A stretch of DNA of 64,000 nucleotides. Origin: Moniliella sp. 'wahieum'. Taxonomy: Eukaryota. Made by a program: the position numbers and the translations under genes. Of this stretch, positions 26,291-39,100 are shown in pieces. The stretch's first letter is position 1, and each line of letters starts with the position of its first letter. A model generated the notes under the pieces. That model was given only the letters and a program-made list of their open reading frames with translations, was not told where the DNA came from and did no database searches. The stretch spans positions 124,001-188,000 of the forward strand of contig RSEE01000006.1 in assembly GCA_003971905.1 (NCBI GenBank), read 5' to 3'.

Positions 26291-28886
26291 GGGGGGGAGG
26301 TGATGGAGGTGGTGGGGGGGGTTGACGGTGGCGGTGGCGGTGGCGGTGGCGAAGGTGGAGGTGGTGGAGGTGGGTGGAGGTGGAGGTGGACAAGGCGGCG
26401 GGGCGGCGAGGGCGTGCGGGATGGGGCTGGGCAGGTGCTGGGATGGAACGCAAGGCGGGAAGGACGGGTGGGGGCGGACGCAGGCGCGTACGGCAGCTGG
26501 GCAGTCAGTCACACGAGGCGGTGTCAGAGGCGGGTGTACTTGGTACTTGGCCCACGACGGCGTCTCTGCTGGTGTGCCTGCCCACTACGAAGCCCCAATG
26601 TGTGTCTCCCCCGTCCGGGCGAAGCGAGGCAGCTGGGTAGCCCAGCGCAAAGCGCCCGGATGCTGCCCATCTGATGCAGACCACCTGCCCAGCCGTGCGG
26701 CACACAGCCAGGACCAGCCAGCCAGCCAAAGGGGCAGCGCCCCAGCGCCCGCCGCGGCGGCCGCCATGGCGTGGATGGCTACGTACTTCTCCAAACATCT
26801 CCTAGCCGCCGCCTGCCAGCAGCAGCCAGCCGAGCGCTCGCACGCCCATCCCACACCCGCCCACTCTCCGTCCGTCCCGTTCCCCTTTTCGACGCCTCCC
26901 GCACGCCCATCCCTTGAACGTTTGAGATGCCCCCGCCTCACTTGTCACATGTCACATGTCACGTGTGTCACAGCTCCTCTTCCTCTCCGTTGGCAGCACG
27001 CCACTATCACACAGTGCGTGGCGAGCCACCGCTGACGATCACCACTCCTACCGCATGCTCACCGGTCACAGCAAGTTATAGTCACTTGCCACTGGTCACT
27101 ATCTCCCAGACCAGCCTCGCGCCTCCCCCTGTCGCCAACTGCGGGGTCCCACACTCCTGCCCTGCCCCTCTCTGTTCTCTCAGGCTCAGCCATCTCAGCC
27201 GCTGGGCTGACGCTGATCTCAGCAGCACCTCGCCAACTCCGCGAGCCAATGGAATCGCGTCACATTCTACTCGCATCTCCGCACTGTCAGCATGGCAGGC
27301 CTCAGCAGCACCCAGCCCCTCACACGCTGCCTCGGATCGAATCTGAGATCTCACATCTCACATGCATTCGCCATCTCCGCATCACATGCATCGGCCAAGC
27401 CAGCCAAGCCCCCCGACTGGGCGCTGAGCCACAGCCACGGAGCTCAGCCTGCGTCCTCGCGTACTCAGCGTACTCAGACGCATACTCAGCACCCAGCAGC
27501 TCATTCATGCGCCCATGGTATCCGACCCCATGTACACAACCCAGCGACGACGACAGCTTCTGCTACAGCACTGCTGCAGCTGCCAGCCACTCTCCCGGCT
27601 TTCAGGCGCAGAGCGTCAGGCCTCAGGCTCAAGGCTTCAAAGAAGGTTCCACTGAACGTTCAACGTAACAGCCTCAACAACGCCAACCTCACAATAGAAA
27701 AACTTTTTTCTACAGCGTTTGCCCATTTTGCCTCTGCTCAAGCGACCATCGATCAAGCTTCTTCAAATGCCCGATGGTTCTCAGCTCCTTCGGGACCTGG
27801 TTGAACAGTTCAGTTGAACGTTGAAAACGTTGATGGCTAGGAAGGTCAGTACGTGTCAGTACTCAGTCAGCGCCCGTCTTCATCGGTGACCACCTCTCAC
27901 TCCCGAACCCTACCCACACGCCCTACCCTCCGAGAGCCCAAGCAGGCAGGCCCAAGCCGCCCCGCGCCTACCCTGTCAACGCCAACCTAGCCTGCCCAAC
28001 GTGCGACGGCCCACCCTCCTCAGACACCCTGGTGCATTTTCCTGTGTTGCCTTGTCCCCGGGCCCGCCTGTGCACCCTCGACCACCCACCCGCCGGTCTC
28101 CTGTCTGGCATCTCCGTCAGCACGGCAGCAGCCATGCGTTGTCGCCCTTTCTTGCGACCGTGGGCGCTGGGCGCTGAGCCGCCAGTATATAGTAACCGGT
28201 GACCGGTGACCGGTCACCGGTGACATAAAACCCACCGCGGTACCTTACTTGGCCTCAGGCGCCTGATCGCGCCGTGGATTGGGGAAGCTTGAAGCCGATG
28301 ACGATGATGCGGACGATACGATAATCAACAGCGCGCAACGTGCAACGTCGATGTGCTGATGCGGGACGCAGCGACCCACGCGCTTTGCCCTGAGGGTCAC
28401 GGGTGACGCGGTGACGTTGCTCCTCACGCGACCCTAGTCCTGTCCCTTGGGCAGCTGCCACGCGGTTCCTTTTTTTTTTTTTGTCCCCAGTGGACGCGTA
28501 TTGTCAGAGAAGCGGAGGCCGGCCAGAGCGCCGCCTGGGCCGCCAGAAGCTGTGTTCAGAACCTTCTTGCGTACACGCATACACCGGCGTACACACGCCC
28601 GCGTTCCACGTTCCACGTTCCACACTCCCATTTCAACTGGTCAAACTTCCGAATCAGAGGCAGCCCTCGGGTCCTACATTCCGCCTTGGTTTCTTCCGCT
28701 GCGTGGAGGTCCAAGGCTGGGTTTTTTTCCCGTTCTCGCTGGTGGTACGCACGTACATAGGAAGGAAGCCACATCCCCCTCCCCTGTGCAGATTGGTCCA
28801 CCCTTGTCACCACTACCACGGTTCCAGGGCCTTCAGGCGCCACAGGTGTGCCAGCCATCTAAAAAGGTACGTTTCGCGCCCTCTAC

Positions 28887-28985
28887 GCGGAGAGGATGAC
28901 AATACCCCATTCTTCTCAAGGCCGACCCATCTACCACGGGTCGGACGCGATGACTCGAGATTTTGTCATAGTTACCCTGACCCGC
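28887..28985 (+). ncRNA. Box C/D snoRNA, snR63/SNORD46-like, predicted to guide 2'-O-methylation of LSU rRNA helix 69 (yeast A2256 equivalent); lies in a putative intron 28867-29051
   Basis: C-like box AGGATGA 28893-28899, C'-like CGATGA 28948-28953, D box CTGA 28977-28980, terminal stem GCGG/CCGC. Guide GTCATAGTTAC (28965-28975) is complementary to the conserved LSU GUAACUAUGAC, and the D+5 rule points to the second A of GUAAC. Confidence 0.75.
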
Positions 28986-29995
28986 CTCCTGCCATTTTTT
29001 GCATGGCTTTCTGACGCTGAGCGCTGAACACTGACACGAGTTGATTTTCAGGACCTTGATCGGAGTGTGTAAACGACTCTCTCGCACACGCTTCTTTCTA
29101 CAGGTTTCCAGCTTGATTTTGATTCCCAGATCTCCTTGCTCTGTCTACAAACTTTTCGCACTCGGAGCTGTTCCTCGATCGTCTGGTCTTTTTGTTACGT
29201 GGGTAAGTATTTGTGTTACCTGACCCCTCTCCCCCCCTCCTCTCTCCCATCTCTGGATGAATTGTTGTGTGCTGGATTGATCAGGGGGCGAGACGGCTAG
29301 GCCATTAACCTGGTCGGAAATAGAGCTGTGAGCTGTCAACTAGAGTAAACAGGCAGATGCACTTTGACACATGACAATCGTGATGGAGGAACATGCTCCA
29401 AAAGTGGGTACATTGAAGTGCTGCAATCTCTCTGGCACTGCCTACGCTGTTCAGCGCGCTCGTTCAACAGAGCTGAACGCCAGCCGGCGGCAGGACGGTA
29501 GATGCGATCGTGCCGGGAGGCGCCCAGGCCGACCAAGCCAGGGCATAGCTCATCTCCCCCTCGGTCCAAGCCACTGACTTGTGCCCAAGGACTACGAGCT
29601 CGGCCAGAATCCACCAGGCTGCTTCCGCTGTGGGTTGGTAGTTGGGACATGCCACTGTGACATGGGGCATGCGACGTACGCTTACGTGAGCCGGCACCGC
29701 GGTGGCGGGCGGCGGCGACAGGCCGCCAAAAGGCCAGTGTGCGCGTCGCGTTTCGCACCCCGTCGGCTGAGGTAAGCTGCGGTTGGGTCCACTTTGGGCG
29801 ACTTGGCCAAATTCCGAGCTTTTGCCGAGCAAACAAACAGAGGAACGCTGCTCTTCCTTGCCACCACTTCCCCCTCGCGCCCCCTTGCCTGTGCCCTGGC
29901 CCGCACCGCCTCTGCCCTGCTTCTGCCCCTCCACCACCTCTCCACCCGCGCACATCCTCCCTCCTTCCTTCTCCCACCCACACCGCCTCATCACC

Positions 29996-32900
29996 ATGGC
30001 CCCGCGGCGCAAGTCAACCATCAAGAGCGACGACGACGACGACGAGGATGCACCTCTTGTATGTTCTGCCTGCCCCCACCCACTGCACCCTACTAACCAG
30101 GCCTCGTACGCTTCACCCACACCAGGCGACCATGACCAGCAATTCCAGTGCCCGCCTCGCTCTGCCGGCCGCGCTTCTGGGCGTCCCAAGCCAGCTGCTG
30201 AAGAGAGTGAGGAAGATGACGAACCGCTTGCCAGATCGGCGGCCAAATCGGAGCATGACAGTTCATCCGACAGCCTTGGTGGTTCCTCCTCCTCGTCTGA
30301 AGACGAAGAAGGGGGCGAGAGCTCGTCGGACGAGCTGGATGACGACAGAGCCGGGACGCCATCGACCAAGCCCATCTTCTCTGCTGCGCGGGGGCGCGGG
30401 GGCAAAAGTGGGAGACGCTGTACCACACCGGACCCCGTTTTCCACCCGACTATGAGCCTTTGCCTTCGCATGTGAAATTGCTGTACGACGGGTGCCGGTC
30501 GACCTGCCGCCGGCAGCGGAGGAAGCGGCCATGTTCTATGCGGTCAAGCTCGAGACGCAGCATGCGCAGAACCCGTGTTTAACAACAACTTTTTCAGTGA
30601 CTTTAAAAAATACTTGGCCAAGTACCCGCCCCGTGGTGCCTCGGCCGACCTCAAGATTGTCAGTTTCAGCAAGCTCGATTTCCGTCCGATGTATGAACAT
30701 TGGAAGCAACTGAAAGATGATGAGGCGGAGCGCAAAAAGATGTTGGCCCCGTCCCAACGCAAAAAGGAGTTGGCCGAACGCAAGGCGGCCGAAGAGGCAA
30801 TCAAGACGTGCATCGTCGATGGTCAAGTGCAACGCGTGGGCAACGTGTTGGTCGAGCCGCCCAGCGCTGTTTTTGGGCCGCGGCGCCCATCCCAAGACGG
30901 GGTTGATCAAGAAACGTGTCCAGCCCGAACAGATCACTATCACCACACCCTCAACGACCCGAAGCATCCGCCGCCTGCCCCGCCCCAGGGCCATAAGTGG
31001 AAGAACGTGATTGAGGACAAGCATGCGACCTGGCTCGCGTTTTGGAATGAGAACATCAATGGCTCGCACAAGTACATGTTCCTCGATGCCACCTCGACGT
31101 TCAAGACGGGCTCGGACAAGGCCAAGTACGAAAAGGCGCAGAGTCTGGATGAGTCGGTCAAGAAGCTGCGGGCCAACTATACACGCATGCTGTCGTCCAA
31201 GTCGCGCAAGGAGCGGCAAATTGCGACCGTGATTTGGTTGATTGATGTATACTCGCTTCGTGTGGGCAACGAGAAGAAGGAGGACGAAGCAGACACGTAT
31301 GGTGCCTGTTCGCTCTTGAGCGAGCACTGTACCTTGATTGAGCCCAATATTGTCAAGCTCTCGTTTTTGGGTAAGGACAGCATGAAGTTTGACGACGAGT
31401 TGATCTGTACCGACCAGGTCTTCGGAACTTTAAAATGTTTGCCCGCTCCCACGCCAAGGACAAGAAGACCGGACGATTGCCTTGAAGCGCAAGGAGGATC
31501 CGATCTTTGAGGTGGTGGACCCGGCTGATGTCAACAAGTGGCTCCAAAAGCGATCGAACGGCGGGATGCCCGGTCTGTCCGCCAAGGTGTTCCGTACGTA
31601 CAATGCGTCGACGACGTTCCAAGCACTGCTCAACAAGACGGAGGAATGGCTTGCCGCCCGGCCCAACCCAGACGAGCGGGTATGGAACCCGGCCAACTTA
31701 AAGTTGGCCTACAATGAGGCCAACCGCCAAGTGGCCATCTTGTGCAACCATCAAAAGACGGTGAATGCAGCAGTTGCACAGCAAGACGTTGCAGCGGTCG
31801 GACGAACGTACGTTGCGCTTCGGTACGAGCGGTACAAGGAACTTCAAAAGCTCAAGACGGTTGGCTCGATTGCCGAACTCAAGAAACAGTTCCCTGCCAA
31901 GGACCACGATTGGGCCAAGCAGTGGAACGTGGTGGCCGAGGAGGTCAAGATCCCGGTTGCGGACATCAAGGCGCATGAGGAACGTGTGGCCGAAGAGAAA
32001 AAGGCGCGTCTGCGCGCCCGCTACGAGCGGGACATGCGTGAACGACAGTACCTCACAGAGCAGGCCAAGAGCACTTCTGCACGTCCCGTGGCGCTAAGCA
32101 GGAATCGGATGAGGAGGATGCGAAACCGCTCAAGCGGCGCAAGGTGTCCCAAGGTCGCAAATCGGTCAAGCCAGATGAGGACGAAGACGCGGCGTTGGAA
32201 GGCGCCAACCTCAAGTTCAAGTCGCAAGCTCAATTGGACGAAGAAGTGGCCAAGGTGGATGCGCACCTGGCCGAATTGGCCGAGGAGCGCAAGATCAAAA
32301 GTCCTTGGCCAAGACCATCAACGTTCCCGTTGTCGCCCGTCGCATCTTAGCCAAGGTGGAAGCGATCAAGAAGGTGCGGCAGAACGGACCAATAAGGAAA
32401 ACACCAAGGAGTTTCCTCGGCACGTCGAAACTCAACTACATTGATCCACGGTGCACGGTTGCCTGGCTCAAGGAGTGGGACCAAAAGCTTCAATCGTCCG
32501 GGTACGGCAAGGGCAAGGCGGCGCCCAAACGGGCTTCGAATGCAGAGCTAAAAAAGAAGAGACGGGCAACGGGAATGGTGACGCGACCAAGGCGTCAGAG
32601 AAGATGGAGTTGGGCTTGAAGATCTGTCGGTGGTGGGTATGTTTTTCCCATGACGATGCAAAAGAAGTTCAAATGGGCCGCGAGGACGACAATGGTCAGC
32701 CTTGTCGGCCAAATGGCAGTTTGTCAGCCCCCCGAAACCAAAATGCGCGTCATGAACTGGCGCAAAAGAAGCAATTGAAGAGGGGGGATGCGGCGCTGCG
32801 GCGCCTCTTGCCAGCTCACGAGGTGCAACTAAGCAGGAAAGCGAGGACGAGGATGAGGACGATGCGCCGCTGGGCCAACGGCGTACAAGCCAGTGGATCG

Positions 32901-33120
32901 CGTGGGTCTGAAAAGACCAAGCCCAAGAAGGAGCCCAAGAAGGAGCCCAGAAGGAGCCAGAGGAGCCCAAGGAGGAAGAAGACGACGAAGACAGTGACTG
33001 GCTCCCCTTGGTATGGGCAAACGGCCGCGCTCCTCCCTCGCCACCGCCACCGCTCCCGCTACCAAGATCAAAGTCAAGTCCGAGGCCAATGGTCGGACCG
33101 AGCCAGCGTCCAACGCGTAA
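29996..33120 (+). CDS. TOP1: DNA topoisomerase I (type IB); intron 30059-30100; indel frameshifts
   Basis: [141 protein letters not shown] (catalytic Tyr). Confidence 0.96.
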
Positions 33121-33949
33121 ACTCACGCCTGCCTCCAAGCCGCGTAGGTCGTAACCTAACCTAACCGACCCTAATCGGACGTAACCCATCCCGCTTGGCG
33201 CTGCCACCGTTATGCTTATTGTTTCTCCCTCTCATCGGCCCCCCCAACCTTTCCCTCCGTCTGTCGTAGTTGTCTCCAGTCCTGCTTGCGAGGCTTAACC
33301 AACTTAAACCAGCTTAACCCCCGCCGTCCAATTCGCCCCGCCCTTGCGGCTTCTATGGAAAAAAATAACTGATTTGGTCAAGCAATGCACGAGAATCAGG
33401 TAGTAGTAGTAGCGTTATTGCGTTGTTCTGGGTGCTTGAGGGTTGAACGTTGATCGCGAGTTTACCCCCCCGTTCTGTGGAATCCAGCTTCGGATGCTCT
33501 ACCAGTCTCCTCAGTCTTTTGCTCCCCCCAGACCAAGACGAGCTCAGGAGGGATCGAGCTTCGAGGCCACAGGGGAGGCGGGCGACCTGGCGACATGATG
33601 TGACTGGAGGGGTCCCACCCCGAGGGGGGGGTTCTTCAAGATGTGTAGGCGTGCACGGGTAACTAGCTGCCTCTGTCCGCCCCGAGAGAGACTAGCTGGC
33701 CAAGCTCAAGGTCAAACGAAGCATCATGCATCAACGAAGCACCATGCATCATGATGTGTGAGCTACCGATGACACTGGTTGATGGCACGTTGAAATGTTT
33801 TTGTGAAATTGCACTGGTTTCATCTTTCATCGCCGCTCTGGCGGGTCCCGGCGGCTGGGCCATCCTAAAAAAACCGACCACTCGCGCCGCGTTGGAGGCC
33901 GTCCGAAGGTGTGTTGCGACCTCACCGGCCTCTCTGGCGCCCCCACCCC

Positions 33950-35216
33950 ATGACCGTGCCCAGCGACAGCGACATCCCACCCATCGAGGTACTCATCTCC
34001 ACGCTTCGAGCGGAGGAGGAGAAGCAAGGCCCGCAGGCCGAGGTGGCAGCGACGTTGGCGGACGAGTTGTTGGCGGTGAGCAGCATTTACCAGCCGGAGC
34101 AGATCCGTGTGCTCCCCCTTGGCGCCTCCACCCGGTCCACGCCCGAACCCCAAGGCGCGTCCGTCAGTGAGGAACAGGATGTGTTGGCGCGCGCCTATGT
34201 CCCAGGACAACGCTTGCGCCTGGCCGTGACGATGGAGCTGGAGGTTGCGGGGAGGAGGATACGTTGTACGGCCGGCCTGGGCCTGGGGACACACAGCCCG
34301 AGCCAGTCGACTTGCACCCTCTCCATCACGCTTCCGGCCCACTACCCCCGACACGGAGCAGACGCCGCAACTGCAGTTGCTCAATCGGTTTGTCGGTGCG
34401 CACGTGGTGGACCCGGGCTGTTTGGCCAGGTGTTGCGTTGTTTTCTGCATGACCCGCAGGCGATCAAGCCGACTTCGTCGGCCGCCCGCCGCTCGGACTT
34501 ACCTGGACCAGGGGCGAACCGATGCTGTTTGAAGCGCTCGAGTGGGCCAAGGAGACTGTGTCGGTTTGGTACAACGACAAGGAAGAAGAGTTGCGTCTTC
34601 GTTCGGAACAGTTGGATCGGGAACGGGAGGCGCGGACTCAAGCCGCTGCCGCTGCCGGCTTACCCGCTGACCCTTTCCCGTCCCGCCCTGAACCCGAACC
34701 AAGCGTGGTGCATACCAAGGAGGAATTGGAAGCGCTCGTGACCCAGTTGGGATTCCGAACCTCGATGACCATTGTCGATCGCAAATCCGAGTTTGTCGGG
34801 TATGCGTGCAAGTTGGACAATGCGGAGCAGTACCGTTGGTGGTGGAATGGGTGGTGCAAGACAAACGCGTCGCACGCGCTGCCCACCCAGCCATCTTTGC
34901 TTATAGTGTGACTTTGCCCGATGGCACGACGCAGCGCGACTTTGAGGACGATGGCGAGACGGCCGCCGGAGGACGCTTGGCGCATCTACTTTCGATTCTG
35001 GTACGTGTCCCTGCTGTGTCCGGGCGCAGGTGGAAGGGAGGGAAATCACTAACACCGCAGTCTGGCTCGTGGCAGAACCTGGACAATGTGTTGGTCATCG
35101 TGACGCGGTGGTGGGGGGGATCGTTGTTGGGACCGGATCGGTTCAAGCACATTAACCGCGTCGCCCGGGATGCGCTCGAGAAGGCTGGGTTTGTGGCACC
35201 GGGGGGCAAGAAGTAA
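33950..35216 (+). CDS. YIH1: IMPACT/Yih1-family protein (RWD + ancient domain); intron 35001-35075
   Basis: DELLAVSSIY and LSITLPAHYP (RWD); IVDRKSEFVG, AAHPAIFAY, DFEDDGETAAGGRLAHLL, NVLVIVTRWWGGSLLGPDRFKHINRVARDAL. Confidence 0.9.
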
Positions 35217-36140
35217 GTACGGTGTTCCGGGATGACGCTAGATGAGCTTAGTAGATGAAGCCTGAAGATCTTCTTGTCCCGTAGTGGGATCCTGCTTCGC
35301 ACACCCCTTCCTTTCCTGGCGGCTTTGTCTCCACGGCCGTGTTCCTGCTGGCGAGTGCATCGTCCGCCGTAGTTGGTGCATCTACGATGGTCTAATCTGG
35401 TGCGCTGGTGCGCGGCAAAGCTCCAGTTGCCCACACTATCCACCAATCCACTACCACACGCGAGGAGATTGTCCGAAGACAAAGGCATGTATGTCCTTGT
35501 TCATAGTTCACCCGACTGTTCATTCGTATTTGTTCCATTTGTCTTGCTAGAGCCCGAGCCGTTCGAGTTGACCTTGTCGACCACGTTCATACCTTCGAGA
35601 GACTGAGAGGGAGGGTGGTAAGTTGGCAGATGGAGCGGCGGAAACATGCCGATGGGGATCGGATCGGCTGCCACACCACCTAAGCCAAGAGATGGTGGGA
35701 GAGAAGACACTCCCATTGTTTTGCAGTAGCTTGATCCATTGACAGCCGAAACTGCGTGCTGCCATTGCTGCGCCGCCCTGGCCCGAGTTCGCCCACCACT
35801 TCTCTTCGTTAGTTCGGCCTTCAATCGTCAATATTCATGCATCCTAATGTCCGCACTACCGCTTACGGGCTACGGTCCAACTTTCCACACAAAGATTCCG
35901 TAGAGAATTTGTTGATGCTTCGTCCAAATCCTGGGAGGAGGGAGGAAAGGAGGAGTCGGGGAGACTGGGAGTCGGGGAGAGGAAGAGGGAGAGGGGGACA
36001 GGGAGATGGAGAGGGGGGGATGAGCATACAACATGCAGTGCAAAGAAATGCAGGGATCGAATTGATGAGGGTCGTGCGTTGGTTCGTAAGAGGGTAGTGC
36101 AATCAACCATCCGTCTTGGACGGGGGTCCAAACCCCCCAA

Positions 36141-39100
36141 TCAAGAGCTGAGGTGGCCGATGCGGCTTCCTGATCTGTGCCTGTGCCTGCCCCTGCCCCT
36201 GCCCTCCCCTTTGCACCTCCCCCTCCCCCTCCCCTTCCCCTTGCCGCGCTGCTTGGTCGGAAGCGCACGGGTAGTCGACAGAGAATGCTGCAGAGACGAA
36301 GAGGCCGAGAAACCTGCGGGGCCCGCCATCCGTGCTCGCCCATCCTCTTTGTCCTTCTCGTCCTTCTCGCCCACCGATAGCTCACTCCGGGAGCTGGAGG
36401 ACAACTCACCATCCTCCATCGACTCGGCATCGTCCGAGTCGTCGTCCGAATCCTCGTCCATATCAAAACTCTTGGGTAGCGGGAAAGCTTTGCGAGGTGC
36501 GCCAGTGGCCGCTGGGAACCGCGAGGTCTCTGGTCCTCCTTCCGCGTCGCCATCTGCTCGGGGTACGGCGGGTAAGGTGATAGAAGCGCGGGCGGCTTCG
36601 ATGGCAGTGAGGGCGGTGGGGTCAAGGCGAATGTCAAACAGTTCCCACACAAAGCGGCGAACGGATTGTTTCCAAGGAAGGGTGGCCAGGTAGGCCAGCA
36701 CGTAAGCGCGCAGAGTTGGGCAGGTAAAGTGGCGCGGGTAGCGCGCGCGTAACTTGCCTAGTCGCAGCACGACGCTTTGTTGACCAACACCGAGTTTCCC
36801 ATCATGGCCAAGGCGTCCAGGATGTTCCTTGACGTCCGCCCTTCCGCTGGTCGGAGGTACAGGTAGTCCAGATCCACCTCATGTTTTGGCTTCCACGAAT
36901 CGAGCTCGATCGCGTGCAGATCGGCAGGAATGGCGATCCCTTTGAACCTCAAAAACTGGGTGTGCACCGTTTCCCACCCAAACAAAGCCAGCAATTCACT
37001 GCCCAAAGCCGTGCGGGCAAAGAGCCCCAGCACAAAAAAGGCAACGCTGGTGGAACATGAGGTTAGTATAACCACGCGTGTCCATTCCTCCCAAACGAAC
37101 AAATCTTACCCTCGGACCGAAATGACAGGCGAGTGCTGCGCAATGGAGACAATCGCACCCAAGAGACCACAAGACTCGACCTCCTTGATACCATATTCGG
37201 TGGTGCCCACATTTCCCTAAGGACGCCACAACAAGCAATTACCAAGTTAGCGTCCACGCACGATCAAGGGAGAGAGGCCAAGAAAGACACATACGACGGC
37301 CCACACATGCTCTTGAGCTGGGCAAGAATAACAGGGTCTGGGACTCTAAGCCATACTGCTGAATGAAGGAGATGAAAACGTCAAAGTGGCCCGAATCAAG
37401 CAACGCCGAGAGGCCCTGCTGCGTCTGGGCTAGCTGGGCGTAGAAATGGGTAGGGGCAAATCCTGTGACGGCTTCCGCCGCTTCGAGCTCTGACGTTAAC
37501 GGTTCCCCTGGACGAGGAGAGACACCGGCGGCGGCGGTACCGGGATAAGGACGATCAATATCCAATGCGTACGACAAGTTGATCTCGAGCTGAAGGCTGT
37601 AACGGTAATTCAGCTCGTGGAACCACAGCGCCAGATTCTCCCCGATGTAGCCCTCTTCGTCCAAGAACGCAAAGCCAGACGGGACCGAGAGGAATTGAGC
37701 ATCAGTGCCCGACCGGCCTCGCCCAGATGCTCAAAGGAAGGCTGCGTCGCAATCACCAGCTCGAGCAGCGCAGAGTCATCACAGACTCGCCCCAGCATCT
37801 CAATCGTCAGCTTTTGGATACCTGGGTTGGTATCGTACACCTGGGCCACCAGCAGCTCGACCATCCAGCTCGCTGTGGATGGGTTCCATGTCGTGACATG
37901 GGTCGGCATGCTCTGCAACGTCTGGGCTAGTTTGGACGTGGCAAACAGACGCAATGCTCGTGAGCCCGCTGTGAGCGCATGGCTGAGCAGCACGCGCGCG
38001 TGACCTTTCACCTCAAAGGGGAGGTGTTGGAGGACAGCGCGGACGAGATAGTCGCGGGCTGGGACCGCGATGAAACGGTGAAGCAACGTAAAAATTCGGA
38101 AACGTTCCAGCAACGCTAGGCCTCCCTTGGTTGCCCCCACCACACCAATCATCTCAAAGTATCCGTCTACCACGGTTGTCCCAAGCTTGGCTCGCGAAAA
38201 CAGCGGCTCCTCCATCGTGTTGATAGCCAACGGTGCTTGATGTGTCGTGTCGAGCTGGGCAAGACAATCGCCAATTGGGACAAGAGCGGATCTTCAGCGA
38301 GGAACTTGAGTCCATCCGGGTGCTTCATGATCAAGCGAATCAGCTGTGTCCCGAGCCGCGCCCACAACCGACTTGCGCGCGTCTTGGGTAGCGTCGAGAA
38401 ACGGCGTGCATTGGGGTGGTAAAACGAGATGAGGCGGCGAACAAACCGGCCTTGGTGCATCACCTCGTCAAAACGCCGAGGCGAACAAGCACGCCATCTA
38501 GCAGGTCAATCAGAATGTCCATGTTCCACTTGTTGGGGTCCCGAGCATTGCCCACCTGCGAGTCGAGCACCATGGTGCGAAAGGTAGCATGTCCACGCTG
38601 GATAGTGCCTGCTGCTGCAGCGCTCCCACTTTCGGCCCTCGGAAGAGGACTGGCGCTTGTCCGCTAGGAAGAGATAATGGAGGGGACGTGGCCGGCGTGG
38701 CATCTCTGCTGAGCTTGTCCAGCGTCGAAAGTGTGCTGCCTGCCACGTTGCGGCCGCGGCCTGGCTATGTCCATGCTACTTCCCAGGGAAAAGAGGCGGG
38801 GAAGGGGTCGAAACGCGCGCTGGCCCACAGGGCCGGGGTAACAACAAGTGCACCAACCGCAGCACTCGCTCAAGGTCAGCGTCGCTTGGTGCGCACCGCT
38901 CATCTCTCGATGAGCGTGATCAGAGCATCGATCAAGCCCGCTTCAATAAGCACCTCAAGCAGTAGAGCCACATAGTGGTCTAGTAAATTCTGCGGACCAG
39001 TCACCTCGTCTTTGGGGGCAGTGGACCCTGCTTCCTTGAAGGCAGCCCCCTCTTTGCCCATCGTCTGGGACGAGACGCTGGTCATACGGATCAAAGACAG

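Noticed and set aside
29305..29330. CCTGGTCGGAAATAGAGCTG resembling SRP RNA helix 8
   Set aside because: The conserved A residues of CAGG and AGCAG are both T and the stem flanking GAAA does not pair.
32460..33120. Long Lys/Glu-rich extension after the TOP1 catalytic tyrosine
   Set aside because: Low-complexity tail whose frame is uncertain because of indels; charged extensions are unremarkable in fungal Top1.
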